This document shows positions 9,798 to 18,805 of a DNA stretch of 64,000 bases, one piece after another. Under the pieces are notes generated by a model. That model did no database searches and was not told the DNA's origin. It saw only the letters and a program-made list of their open reading frames with translations. This DNA comes from Candidatus Latescibacterota bacterium (lineage in GTDB: Bacteria > Latescibacterota > UBA2968 > UBA8231). The stretch is taken from assembly GCA_965215195.1 (NCBI GenBank), contig CBDCDC010000001.1, positions 416,001 to 480,000 on the forward strand, read 5' to 3'. Numbering within the stretch: the first letter of the stretch is position 1; every line of letters begins with the position of its first letter. A program made the position numbers and the translations under genes.

Positions 9798-11966
9798 TCA
9801 ATCGCCCCTGATGAAGTCCGCGATGGCGCGGGCTTCCGCTGGGGTGATAGACAACGACGCCTTGAAGGTGCCCGGGGCAAACTGCTTGGGATTCGTGAGG
9901 AACCGTTCCAAGCGGGTCGGCGTCCACGCCATGTCCAGCGACTTGAGTGCGTCTGAGAACAGGTAGCCGCTAACCGAGCCGATGCGCCGACCCAGCACAC
10001 CGACGAGATGCGGACCAAGGCCGTGCTCCTCGGCACTCAGGCTATGACAACCGCTGCAATGCGCACCGTATAGCTGAGCGCCGCTAGCCGCGACCGCACC
10101 CACTGCATCCGTAGGATCAATCCCCGATCCGCAGTCGATCGCATAGACGCGGCGTTCCTTCTTAGACTCACCGTCGCAGTAGGCGTAGTAGGATCGGCTC
10201 AGGAAATGGACCCTTCCCCCATCGGCCAATAGCGCGATACGGCTGTCCGGCATTTGCGCGAGATCCCGTATCCGGTAGCCCAAATGGATGCGTTCGACGT
10301 ATTGCACGTCCGCACCGTCGCGGCGGACTCGAAAGAGCGAGTGGCTCCTAAGCGAACCGATCAACAGATCGTCTCCCCACAGCGGGAACAAGCGCTCGTC
10401 ATTTACGACGATGCTGGAGATGCCGATTGACGGCACCCAAGCGAAAACGGGCTTTGCGAAGCCCTCGTGCCGGCCTACCTCTTCGGCGCGGGGCACGTTG
10501 ACCTTTCCTCCATACTCAACGCCATAACTAACCAACGGCCAACCGTAATTGCCGCCCGCTTCCAGCCCGTTGAGTTCATCGCCGCCCTGCGGTCCGTGCT
10601 CGGTTTCCCACAAGGTGCCGTCCTCGTCCCGGGCGAACCCCTGCGGATTGCGAAGGCCGACGGCCAGCGTCTCCGCGGTGCCGGTCTCGATTTCGATGCG
10701 GACGAGCTTGCCCAAGTGCGAGTCCGAGGCTTGAGCAAACTTACCACTACTGTGATAATGTCCTATAACGACCAACAAGTGATCGGGCCCGTCCGTCAAC
10801 ATCCTTCCTGCCGCTTGGTTTAGATCGGAACTGTCGATTGGCAGGCAAGGTTCCGCGTCGAATATCGTTCTCCACGCCGACGATACCGAAACGCTCGCTC
10901 CTTGTTGCAGCAGCGTCGTAGATGACAACCTGAACCGGATGCACGTGCCGGTGAAATAGTGATGCGTCACAAACAGTTCATAACGCCCCGCCGAATGCTG
11001 TTTCAACAAAATGTCGGTAACGCAAAACAGAGGTAAGCGGAAATTTGCTTTGTCCGGGTACGCTAGGTATTCCGCCACATTCATCGGAACTCTCCCCTCG
11101 AGATAGGCCACCTCTCCGTTTGGGCGCACCAGCGCGATCCGTCCCCACGGCGTTGCGACGAGCAAGTCGTTGGACAGAGGCGCGATGGCACCGCTGCGCA
11201 AGCGCTCCCATCTGAGACTGACCGACGCCGATTGCAGAGCATATAAGTGCGTCGTGAGCACCGTATCTGCTGCCAAGGCTTCTGCACCGGCAGCACGTGC
11301 CGCGACGACGCCCAACACCGCTGTTGCGGAGTACGACACGCCCTCTTTGTCGTAATCCACCTGAACCGACACGCGCTTTCCTTGCATGTCGCCCTGCATT
11401 AAGTACACGTAAGTCGGTAAACTTTGCGGCAGCACCTTGCACCCGGACCCGTCGGCGTTGCAAATAGACCAATGCCACGGCGACCTGTTCGCAAATGGAT
11501 GCTGGCTGGCCAAGCTCACAAATATGGCTTCTCCTACAAAATATGGGGGCTGGGAACTTGTAATCGCGTCGGCCGGAGCTGCTTGGAGCTCGGGCGCTGT
11601 TATTGAGACGATGCGCGACCACTCGGAGTGCCCGTGGGCGTTGACCGCAGCAACCCGAACCTCATACGGCATCCCGCTCATCGCATACATATCCGCGATG
11701 GTGTAGGGCGAGGAGGGCGTCGGGTATTCGCGCCATGCGAGGGCAAGTCCGTTTTTCAGTCTGACGGCAATCGCGTAACTCGTCGCGCCGGGGACCGCGT
11801 TCCAAGCGGCGGTAATTCGTCTGTTGGAGGCACTAACGGCGACTCCGGTTGGCGCACCGAGCGTAGGTAACTCAATGCCGGCGTCGTCGTTGGAATAGCA
11901 TGGAGCGGATGCCAGCAAGAGAGCAATCCAAAATCCGGAGAATTTTCGGGGGAGGGGGGATAACAT
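9798..11966 (-). CDS. Secreted FN3 + Ig-like + PQQ glucose/sorbosone dehydrogenase + cytochrome c fusion
   Basis: Signal peptide; FN3 (WNAVPGATSY..YEVRVAAVN); GLRNPQG, TEHGPQGGDELN, GNYGWP (GSDH); CSGCH haem motif with GPHLVGV. Confidence 0.85.
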   Translation of the reverse strand: MLSPLPRKFSGFWIALLLASAPCYSNDDAGIELPTLGAPTGVAVSASNRRITAAWNAVPGATSYAIAVRLKNGLALAWREYPTPSSPYTIADMYAMSGMPYEVRVAAVNAHGHSEWSRIVSITAPELQAAPADAITSSQPPYFVGEAIFVSLASQHPFANRSPWHWSICNADGSGCKVLPQSLPTYVYLMQGDMQGKRVSVQVDYDKEGVSYSATAVLGVVAARAAGAEALAADTVLTTHLYALQSASVSLRWERLRSGAIAPLSNDLLVATPWGRIALVRPNGEVAYLEGRVPMNVAEYLAYPDKANFRLPLFCVTDILLKQHSAGRYELFVTHHYFTGTCIRFRLSSTTLLQQGASVSVSSAWRTIFDAEPCLPIDSSDLNQAAGRMLTDGPDHLLVVIGHYHSSGKFAQASDSHLGKLVRIEIETGTAETLAVGLRNPQGFARDEDGTLWETEHGPQGGDELNGLEAGGNYGWPLVSYGVEYGGKVNVPRAEEVGRHEGFAKPVFAWVPSIGISSIVVNDERLFPLWGDDLLIGSLRSHSLFRVRRDGADVQYVERIHLGYRIRDLAQMPDSRIALLADGGRVHFLSRSYYAYCDGESKKERRVYAIDCGSGIDPTDAVGAVAASGAQLYGAHCSGCHSLSAEEHGLGPHLVGVLGRRIGSVSGYLFSDALKSLDMAWTPTRLERFLTNPKQFAPGTFKASLSITPAEARAIADFIRGD

Positions 11967-11985
11967 ATTGTTTTTTAACGACTTA

Positions 11986-12008
11986 TGACAAGTATCTAAC
12001 ATTGTCAA
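11986..12008 (-). promoter_or_regulatory. Putative -35 (TTGACA) overlapped by palindromic operator TGACAA-N10-TTGTCA
   Basis: Seen directly about 20-40 bp upstream of the 11966 start. Confidence 0.45.
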
Positions 12009-12128
12009 TCCAAAGATAAAGAGGTCCAACCGGGTTGTGCCATGGTGCTTGGCAGGCATTCGCTACGAGGATGGACCTAAAGGTAAAAACGAGCCTACCC
12101 CCGTCAACCAAAGTCGCTCGTCCATCGT

Positions 12129-13109
12129 CTAGCGCCTTTCCTGCTGCCGGCGCTCCACCCACGAATGCAGGGCCATCATTCCCAAGATGATCGCGCCGAT
12201 GAAAATGTTGTACGCCAGTCCAGGCACGCCGATGAGCACGATGCCGTTGCGCATCAGGCGCAAGATGAACACGCCGAGCACCGTGCCGAGGATGGTGCCG
12301 CGCCCGCCCGTCAGGGCCGTCCCGCCAATTACGACCATGGCGATGACCTCCAGCTCGTAGCCCGTGCCGCTGTTGGGATTGGCCGCGGCCGTGCGAATGG
12401 AGCTGATGATGCCGGCGAAACCCGCCACGACGGCCGAGAGGACAAACAGCTTGACCTTGGTGCGCTCTACGGCCACGCCGCGGGCGCGGGCAGCCTCGGC
12501 ATTGCCGCCGGCGGCTTGGAGCCAGTTCCCCATCTTGGTCTGCGTCAGCAAATAGCCGAGCAACAGCGCAGCCGCTACAAACCAAAACAGCGACATGTAC
12601 ACGCGCAGGCCGGCCACCTTGAAATCCCCGACCAGCACCTCGGCGAGCAGGAGATCCGCAGCGTCCCAAGTCCGCTGCGGAAACCCGCTCGTCACCACGA
12701 GGGCGCTGCCCCGCACGACCAGCAGCATGCCGAGCGTCACCAAGAACGAGGGAATCCGCAAGCGCGTGACGAACAGGCCGCTGCACAGGCCGAGGGCCGC
12801 AGCCGTGCCCAAGGCGAGGACAAAGCCGACCTCAATGGACGTGGCCCCGGTGTTGTACAGGGTCCACATGAGCACCGGGCAAAACCCGAACAGCGAGCCG
12901 ACCGAAAGGTCGAATTCGCCGGCCGTCATCAGCAGGGTCATGGCCAGCGCGATCAGCCCCAGCTCTACCGTGAAGGCCAGCATGTTGCCGATGTTGCGCG
13001 GCGATATAAACGCCGGATTGATCTGCGAGAAGACGAAAACCATCGCGACCAGCAGGACGAACGGGCCAAACTCTGGCCTCGACAGGATGCGCTGTACGGC
13101 CGCGTTCAT
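12129..13109 (-). CDS. Sugar ABC transporter permease (RbsC/BPD_transp_2)
   Basis: GEFDLSVGS, IPSFLVTLG, GGNAEAARARGV, YELEVIAMVVIGGT. Confidence 0.95.
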   Translation of the reverse strand: MNAAVQRILSRPEFGPFVLLVAMVFVFSQINPAFISPRNIGNMLAFTVELGLIALAMTLLMTAGEFDLSVGSLFGFCPVLMWTLYNTGATSIEVGFVLALGTAAALGLCSGLFVTRLRIPSFLVTLGMLLVVRGSALVVTSGFPQRTWDAADLLLAEVLVGDFKVAGLRVYMSLFWFVAAALLLGYLLTQTKMGNWLQAAGGNAEAARARGVAVERTKVKLFVLSAVVAGFAGIISSIRTAAANPNSGTGYELEVIAMVVIGGTALTGGRGTILGTVLGVFILRLMRNGIVLIGVPGLAYNIFIGAIILGMMALHSWVERRQQERR

Positions 13110-14039
13110 CTATTTGCCCGACAGGATGTCGTCGTATAGCTGGGCCTTGTCGGCCTCGTAGAGCGCACCCGTAATGACGTCGAAACCGGGCGGAATGCCG
13201 CTGGCGGCCATGGCGGCCAACGACAGGGCCATGTAACTGATCGCTAGCGGGTCTTGCCACATGGCCGCGTTGACGTAGCCGCTGAGGACTTCCCGAGTGG
13301 TGTCGAGCGAGTTGCCCCAGCCGACGACGGGAATGTCGCCGGGGGCGAAACCGGCTTGGTCAAAGACGCGCTTGATGCTGCCGGTTACTAAGTCGCCGAG
13401 GCCGATGATCGCGTCGATGTTGTCGCCGTTGGCCGTCATGTAGTCAACCATGCGGGCGATGACTTCGGCCTGATCGAGCGTCGCGTCGGTGACTTCCCAA
13501 GTGATGCCCAGCGGCTCAAAGACGCTGGCGACGCCCTGCTCCTCTTGGACCCCATAGGTCGCGCCCGGCACTTCCACCGGCATCCACACGAAGTCGCCGG
13601 ATTCGACCAAGCCCTTGTCAACCAAGTACTGCGCCCACTGCCGACCAACCGCTACTAGGTCGCCGCCCACATAGGCGTCAAAACTGGCGGTGGGGTCGGG
13701 CGTGTTCATGTTGATGATGGGTATATTGGCTTCGTTGGCTTCGTTGGCCACCTGCACCAAGCTGCCCGGGTCCGGGCTGCTGGTGACGATGCCATCGGCA
13801 CCGGTGGCAATGGCGGCGCGCACGGCCTCCTGATGAGAAGCCACGTCGCCGTTGTGGAAGGACGTGTTGACCTCGTGGCCGGTATCTTGGCTCCACTGTT
13901 GCGCCCCGGCCAGGAAATACGTCCACACCGGGTCGGCGGGCGAGCCGTGCGAAATCCAGTAAAAGGTCTTGGCTTCGGCCAAGGGCGCACTCAGGGCCAA
14001 CAGCGCACTGGCAAGCGCAACAATCCTCGTCTTAAACAT
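13110..14039 (-). CDS. Sugar ABC transporter substrate-binding protein
   Basis: Signal peptide; periplasmic-binding-protein motifs (HGSPADPVW, ADGIV, IPII, WQDP). Confidence 0.9.
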   Translation of the reverse strand: MFKTRIVALASALLALSAPLAEAKTFYWISHGSPADPVWTYFLAGAQQWSQDTGHEVNTSFHNGDVASHQEAVRAAIATGADGIVTSSPDPGSLVQVANEANEANIPIINMNTPDPTASFDAYVGGDLVAVGRQWAQYLVDKGLVESGDFVWMPVEVPGATYGVQEEQGVASVFEPLGITWEVTDATLDQAEVIARMVDYMTANGDNIDAIIGLGDLVTGSIKRVFDQAGFAPGDIPVVGWGNSLDTTREVLSGYVNAAMWQDPLAISYMALSLAAMAASGIPPGFDVITGALYEADKAQLYDDILSGK

Positions 14040-14083
14040 CGGCGTTCCTCTCTATCATTAAATGTATGCTCGGCAGCGATGCG

Positions 14084-14131
14084 CTGAGCGAGTTCTCGCT
14101 TGATGTGGGCTAGAGCGCGATCAGCCAACAC
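14084..14131 (-). pseudogene. N-terminal stub of a HEPN toxin
   Basis: (V)LADRALAHIKRELAQ overlaps the MNT stop and resembles the start of the intact HEPN at 4582 (SAERIRRELEEL); it runs straight into the SBP RBS. Confidence 0.45.
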
Positions 14132-14489
14132 GGACCATCGCCGCTTCGCGTACGAGAAAAGATGCCAAGTCTGGATCGGCATCCAAGTCAATCAAATCGG
14201 CGGAACGACGCAGTGCGATGAGCAGCCTCCCCTGCAATTTGAAGAACAGTTTCGCCGGACAGCCGCGGACGGCAAAGTCAATGTCGGAATCGGGCTGGAC
14301 GCGGCCCTCAGCTATTGAGCCGAACACGTACACCTGCTGACAACCCGCTTCTTTGAGGATCGCTACTCCACGGGCCACGTCGCGCCGAATGCCGTCTGGA
14401 ACATCCTGCAAGTGTTCCAATCGAGCGAAACGGTCGTTTACCTGTCCGGAGTCGACGCGCCTGCCGGGGTCGGGGGTAGTTTCATTCAC
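14121..14489 (-). CDS. MNT minimal nucleotidyltransferase (orphan antitoxin)
   Basis: VYVFGS-X10-DID motif (GSIAEGRVQPDSDID), DLIDLD. Confidence 0.85.
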   Translation of the reverse strand: MNETTPDPGRRVDSGQVNDRFARLEHLQDVPDGIRRDVARGVAILKEAGCQQVYVFGSIAEGRVQPDSDIDFAVRGCPAKLFFKLQGRLLIALRRSADLIDLDADPDLASFLVREAAMVRVG

Positions 14490-14584
14490 AATTGAAATCT
14501 CTTTTGTGACATTTGACTGACCGAGTCAATCTAGAAGGCAAGGAGGGGTAGCGCGATGGCCGTTTTTTCACAACGCTGCTCCTA

Positions 14585-16225
14585 TCACAACTCCAGACCC
14601 ACGAGATGCTCCTCAAACACCTCCACCTGCCCCGCGTATTGCTCCCGCAGCCTGACGATCAATGCCTCAAAGTACTTGTTCTCCTCGGCCTTTCGCAGCC
14701 AGTACTTGGCCCGCCGAATCGTTTGGGGAAAAGGCTCGGGCCGGTCGGGGATGCGCTCCTCAACCTTGAATATGGAAAAGCCCTCCGCTAGTGCTAAGGG
14801 GCCTTTCAGCTCGCCGATGGGGGCCTTTTCCATGGCCTCGTCGTGGAGCGGACCGAATAGGGCCCGCTCGTACGCATGCAGGTGGATCCGCCCTTGTTGC
14901 TGTGTGGCAAACTGCCGCGTGGTGTGGCGCACGGCGAGCGTCTCCATATCCGCTCCGCCCTCGATTTCCTCGAGCAGCGAATCGGCCATGGCTTGGGTGG
15001 GAACCAGAATCTCCAAAATCACGGTCGCACGCGGCTCCATGAACTTGTGCAGGTTGTTCTCGTAATAGCGACGCGCCGACGCGTCGGTCGTATCGACGCG
15101 GGCCTGCACTTCGCGCTCTTTGAGCGCTTCGAGCAGCAGGGCCTTTTTCTTGTTGTGCAGCCAAGCCACGACCGCCGGGTCCGCGTCCAAGCCCTCCTCG
15201 AGGGCTTCGAGGTAAAACAGTCGGGCCGACAGGATATGCGTATCTATGAAATCGGCCAAGCCCTCGCGGCTGAATTTGAGCTGGTACTGGAAGCGGACCC
15301 GCCAGTACGCATTCATCAAGTCCTCGATGGTGAAGTGCCCGCGGTCGTAGCGGCCCAGAATCCGCTCTCGGTCGGAGGGCGCAAGTTCCCACAAGGCGTT
15401 GCCCTCGGCGATGAGGAACGCGATGGCTGCCGTATCTACTTCAACTTGGTACTTGGGCTTGAGTTTGGCCACCCACTGCTGCTGGACGCGCTCGTACTGC
15501 TGCCGGAAGAGCCACTGGGCGAATACTTGGCGGTAGTGCGCGGGCGCGGGGGCTTCGTCCAGCACCTTGAAAATCTCGTACGCGCCCCGCACCTGAAAAG
15601 GCTGGCTGACCTCGCCCACCGGCACCTCGAACAGGGCGTGGGCAATGGCCAACGGAAGCTGGACATCGCGCAGGTTGTCGCGGCCTATGAAGTGCTCGCT
15701 CAGGAGGCCGCCGTTGGCTGCCGAGCGCTCGGCAGCTACTTCTGCGAAGGGGCGTCCCTGCTCCAACTCTTGGACGACTTGTTGAGCTTGCTCTTGGGTC
15801 GCCACCCGAATGTGCGCCAGCTTGAGCAGGCGGCTCCACTTGCTCTTTGCGAATTGCGCCCGGACTTCCTGCTCCGAGGGCTGGCTCGCGGGTAGCACGT
15901 ATCGCTCTAGGTACTCCTTGACGATCCGGTTCTGCTGCTCCCGCTCCCATTGCGCGGCGAATTGCGCCTCCGCGTCCAAGCCTTGGGCGCGGGCTTCCAC
16001 GAGCATCAATTCCATGTCGATCAGGGTCTGGAGGTAATCCTTGGCCGCGTCCATGCCGGTAGCTTCCGATCGCAGCAGGGCCGGAGTCTCTGCGGCGAAA
16101 AGGGTTAGGTCCTCGCGGGTAATTTCTTTGTCGCCGACGCGGGCGGCCACATGGTCGGCCACATCGCTAGGGCCGCCGCACTGAATCAAGGCGAGCGCGG
16201 CGAGAGTCAAAACGTTCCTGAGCAT
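14585..16225 (-). CDS. Large PpiC/parvulin-type foldase lipoprotein (SurA/PrsA-like, two rotamase domains)
   Basis: Start MLRNVLTL..IQC behind GGAGA; VAARVG..IT, HIRVAT..AQQV..L..G..F..VA, ILVPT..AD.L...I.GGADM..LA. Confidence 0.85.
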   Translation of the reverse strand: MLRNVLTLAALALIQCGGPSDVADHVAARVGDKEITREDLTLFAAETPALLRSEATGMDAAKDYLQTLIDMELMLVEARAQGLDAEAQFAAQWEREQQNRIVKEYLERYVLPASQPSEQEVRAQFAKSKWSRLLKLAHIRVATQEQAQQVVQELEQGRPFAEVAAERSAANGGLLSEHFIGRDNLRDVQLPLAIAHALFEVPVGEVSQPFQVRGAYEIFKVLDEAPAPAHYRQVFAQWLFRQQYERVQQQWVAKLKPKYQVEVDTAAIAFLIAEGNALWELAPSDRERILGRYDRGHFTIEDLMNAYWRVRFQYQLKFSREGLADFIDTHILSARLFYLEALEEGLDADPAVVAWLHNKKKALLLEALKEREVQARVDTTDASARRYYENNLHKFMEPRATVILEILVPTQAMADSLLEEIEGGADMETLAVRHTTRQFATQQQGRIHLHAYERALFGPLHDEAMEKAPIGELKGPLALAEGFSIFKVEERIPDRPEPFPQTIRRAKYWLRKAEENKYFEALIVRLREQYAGQVEVFEEHLVGLEL

Positions 16226-16250
16226 TAGAGTTCTCCAGTAGCGGCCAACG

Positions 16251-16583
16251 TTTTTCGTTACGCCCTTTGATAGTCTCGATATTCGCGGTCCTGCGTTTAG
16301 CCTGCCATCCGAATTGCGAGAAGGGCAGATCATTGGCCTTGAAATGTCTATGGCGGACTTGGACGTATCGTACGAAGTAGGATCCCAGACTAAAGAAAGT
16401 ACCTTGTCGGGGAGCGGCCATGTTTGGTTTGACGCCGACCGATTTGTCGATTTTCGCCTGTTAGGTCCCCCCACCTCATCTACCTCAGTAGAGCGCACTA
16501 CTTGGGGCGACGTTAAGACTTGGCATAACCAAGCACCCTGCACTTGGCATCATCCATGCCTCAATCGCCCCGGTCAAAACTAA
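16251..16583 (+). pseudogene. C-terminal remnant of a secreted protein with a 'TSVE..WG.VK' tail
   Basis: Startless frame FFVTPFDSLDIRGP..SELREGQIIGL..FVDFRLL..TSVERTTWGDVK, alignable by eye to the C-terminus of 60664..61572. Confidence 0.65.
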
Positions 16584-16624
16584 CCTCCACGTCTTCAAAA
16601 CCATGCTCCCAATAGGCCGCTAGC

Positions 16625-17506
16625 TCAGGTAATAATCCCAAGCGCCTTCACCTGCGCCAATAGCGTCTCGCGCTCGTCCGGGCGCACGGGTCGCAACGGA
16701 GGCCGGGGGTCGCCGCACTCCATCCCTATGCGCTGACCGACCACGGCCAAGACGCTGCCGAAATAGCCGAATTGCGCCACTGTGCGGTGAAAGGCATTGG
16801 CCCGTTCTTGGGCCGCTTGGGCGGCAGCCAGATCGCCCGCTTGGTGGGCATTCCATACGGCCATCCACAGTTCCGGGGCCGCGCACAAAGGACCATCCAC
16901 CGACCCGACAGCGCCGACGGTCATGGCTGGCAACATCAGCTTGCCGCTACCGATAAAGGCGTCTAGCCCCATGCGGACGAAATCGAGCAGATTGGCAAAT
17001 ACCGGCGACGAGTGTTTCAAGCCGGTCGTCTGGGGCACTTCCTCGACGAGGCGCTGCATTAAGGCTGGACTGACATCTAGACCAGTGCAGCTAGGCAAGT
17101 TGTAGATGAACAACGGCCGATCGGCCGCAGCCCCCACGGCCCGATAGTATTCTACTACGCCGTCGTCGTCGCCTTGGTAGAAGAAAGGGGGCACCGCACA
17201 GACGGCTTCCACTCCGGCTTGGGCTGCGTGGGCCGCCAGTTTTTCGGCCCGCGTCGTGGTGTTGGCCCCCACGTGCATGATGACTTGGGTGCGGCCCGCA
17301 TTCTGGTCGGCGGCGATTTCGGCGATGCGCTGGTTCTCCTCGTCGTCGAGCAGGACGCTCTCGCCGGTGCCGCCGGCGACCCAAAAGCCGTGTACGCCAG
17401 CTTGTATATTGGATTCCATTGTGGCGCGGAAGGCCGCTTCGTTTAAGACCCCATCCTCGTTTTTCGGACTGATGATCGCCGGCACCACCCCGTGGAATTG
17501 TCCCAT
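16625..17506 (-). CDS. DHDPS/N-acetylneuraminate lyase family aldolase
   Basis: GGTGE, PPFFY, IYNLP, GLKHSS (Schiff-base Lys); RBS AAGGAGG. Confidence 0.9.
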   Translation of the reverse strand: MGQFHGVVPAIISPKNEDGVLNEAAFRATMESNIQAGVHGFWVAGGTGESVLLDDEENQRIAEIAADQNAGRTQVIMHVGANTTTRAEKLAAHAAQAGVEAVCAVPPFFYQGDDDGVVEYYRAVGAAADRPLFIYNLPSCTGLDVSPALMQRLVEEVPQTTGLKHSSPVFANLLDFVRMGLDAFIGSGKLMLPAMTVGAVGSVDGPLCAAPELWMAVWNAHQAGDLAAAQAAQERANAFHRTVAQFGYFGSVLAVVGQRIGMECGDPRPPLRPVRPDERETLLAQVKALGIIT

Positions 17507-17614
17507 ATTTTCCTCCTTAGTATAATACCTCAGCACCCTTTCGCGCCGAGGCGGACCACGCTCAATATAGGCGTCGATTTCTCGGCTTCCAATACTCAGA
17601 CCAAGGAGGATGGT

Positions 17615-18805
17615 ATGAAAAGTTATCGCGTAGCCATACTGGGTTGCCGGGGCCGCGGCACGGCCGCAGCACGTGCATACCACGCCCACCCTCGCACGGA
17701 AGTCGTCGCCCTCTGCGACCTCGTGCAAGACCGGCTCAATGCCCTAGGCGATGAACTCGGAGTCGCGGCCCGTTACACCGATCTAGACGCGATGATCGGC
17801 CAACACCAACCCGATATCGTCGCCATTCCCACTGGCACGGAATTCCACCACCCGCTGGCACTGCGCGTACTCGAATACGGCGTCCACATCGACATTGAAA
17901 AACCCCTGTGCGTCGATTGCCAGCAGGCCGACGCGGTGCTGGCCAAGGCCCGCGAAAAAAACGTGCGCATCGCCGTGCATCATCAAGGGCGCGTGGGCGT
18001 CTATATGAAAGCCGTGGCCAAAGCCCTTGCCGAGGGACGCATCGGCCAGCTATGCCACATCCACGCCCACGGCAAGAACTACTACGGCGGCTACAACCTA
18101 ATGAACATCGGCACACACATAATCAACAACCTGCTCAAGGTCGCCGGCCCGTGCCACAGCGTCGTGGCCACGGCCACCACCGATGGCCGCCCCATTAGCC
18201 CGACGGATGTAGTGCCCTCTCCGCAGGGCATGGGCACCATCGCCGGCGAACACATCACGGCGACGCTCCGTTTCGCCGACGGCGTCACTGCAACCCTCCT
18301 GCAACACCGCTTTCCCACCCCGGTCAATCCGGTGATAGAATTCTGCGGCAGCAAAGGCCGCTTAGTGCTCTCGCAGCTCGTCTGGAAAAGGGACCTCGGC
18401 GCGCTCCTGCTGCCGCAGCCTCACTACGCCCTCAACGACGCAAGAGAACCTTGGGAAGTGCTTCCACCCATGTACTGCGCGGGCTACGATCCACAGAGTT
18501 CGGCCCACCCAGACGACTACGCCTATGTAGAGGAGTACGTCGCGGCACTCGATGAGGGCCGCGAGCACGAGTGCAGCGGCCCAGCCGGCCATCACATTGT
18601 GGAAATTATGATGGGCATCTTCGAGTCGGCCGCGTACGGCAAACGGGTGGATTTACCCCAACAGGACCGCACCCATCCCCTCCTGCGCTGGCGGCGCGAA
18701 AACGGCCTGCCCCCACCCGAGCCCATGCCGCGCCCCTACGCCGAGTGGCTGGCGGCCGAGGACGTGCGCTTGGGGCGGAGTGACGGGAGGTCAAAATCGA
18801 CGTGA
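17615..18805 (+). CDS. Gfo/Idh/MocA oxidoreductase
   Basis: ILGCRGRG, IEKPL, GTH; RBS AAGGAGG. Confidence 0.9.
   Translation: MKSYRVAILGCRGRGTAAARAYHAHPRTEVVALCDLVQDRLNALGDELGVAARYTDLDAMIGQHQPDIVAIPTGTEFHHPLALRVLEYGVHIDIEKPLCVDCQQADAVLAKAREKNVRIAVHHQGRVGVYMKAVAKALAEGRIGQLCHIHAHGKNYYGGYNLMNIGTHIINNLLKVAGPCHSVVATATTDGRPISPTDVVPSPQGMGTIAGEHITATLRFADGVTATLLQHRFPTPVNPVIEFCGSKGRLVLSQLVWKRDLGALLLPQPHYALNDAREPWEVLPPMYCAGYDPQSSAHPDDYAYVEEYVAALDEGREHECSGPAGHHIVEIMMGIFESAAYGKRVDLPQQDRTHPLLRWRRENGLPPPEPMPRPYAEWLAAEDVRLGRSDGRSKST

Larger units (their letters stand above)
9523..12132. mobile_element. Putative 2.6-kb insertion inside the sugar ABC operon, bounded by 10-bp imperfect direct repeats
   Basis: CATCGCCTAG at 9523-9532 and CATCGTCTAG at 12123-12132, exactly 2600 bp apart, at the permease stop and the ATPase start; no transposase inside. 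Confidence 0.5.

Noticed and set aside
12165-13139. Long antisense ORFs (also 14876..15895, 18736..19584, 45341..46294, 50337..51299 and others)
   Set aside because: Shadow frames opposite well-supported genes, expected in high-GC DNA; no motifs.
16226-16543. 107-aa N-terminal extension of the foldase ORF
   Set aside because: RBS and lipoprotein signal begin at 16225; the extension is antisense to the WG.K remnant.
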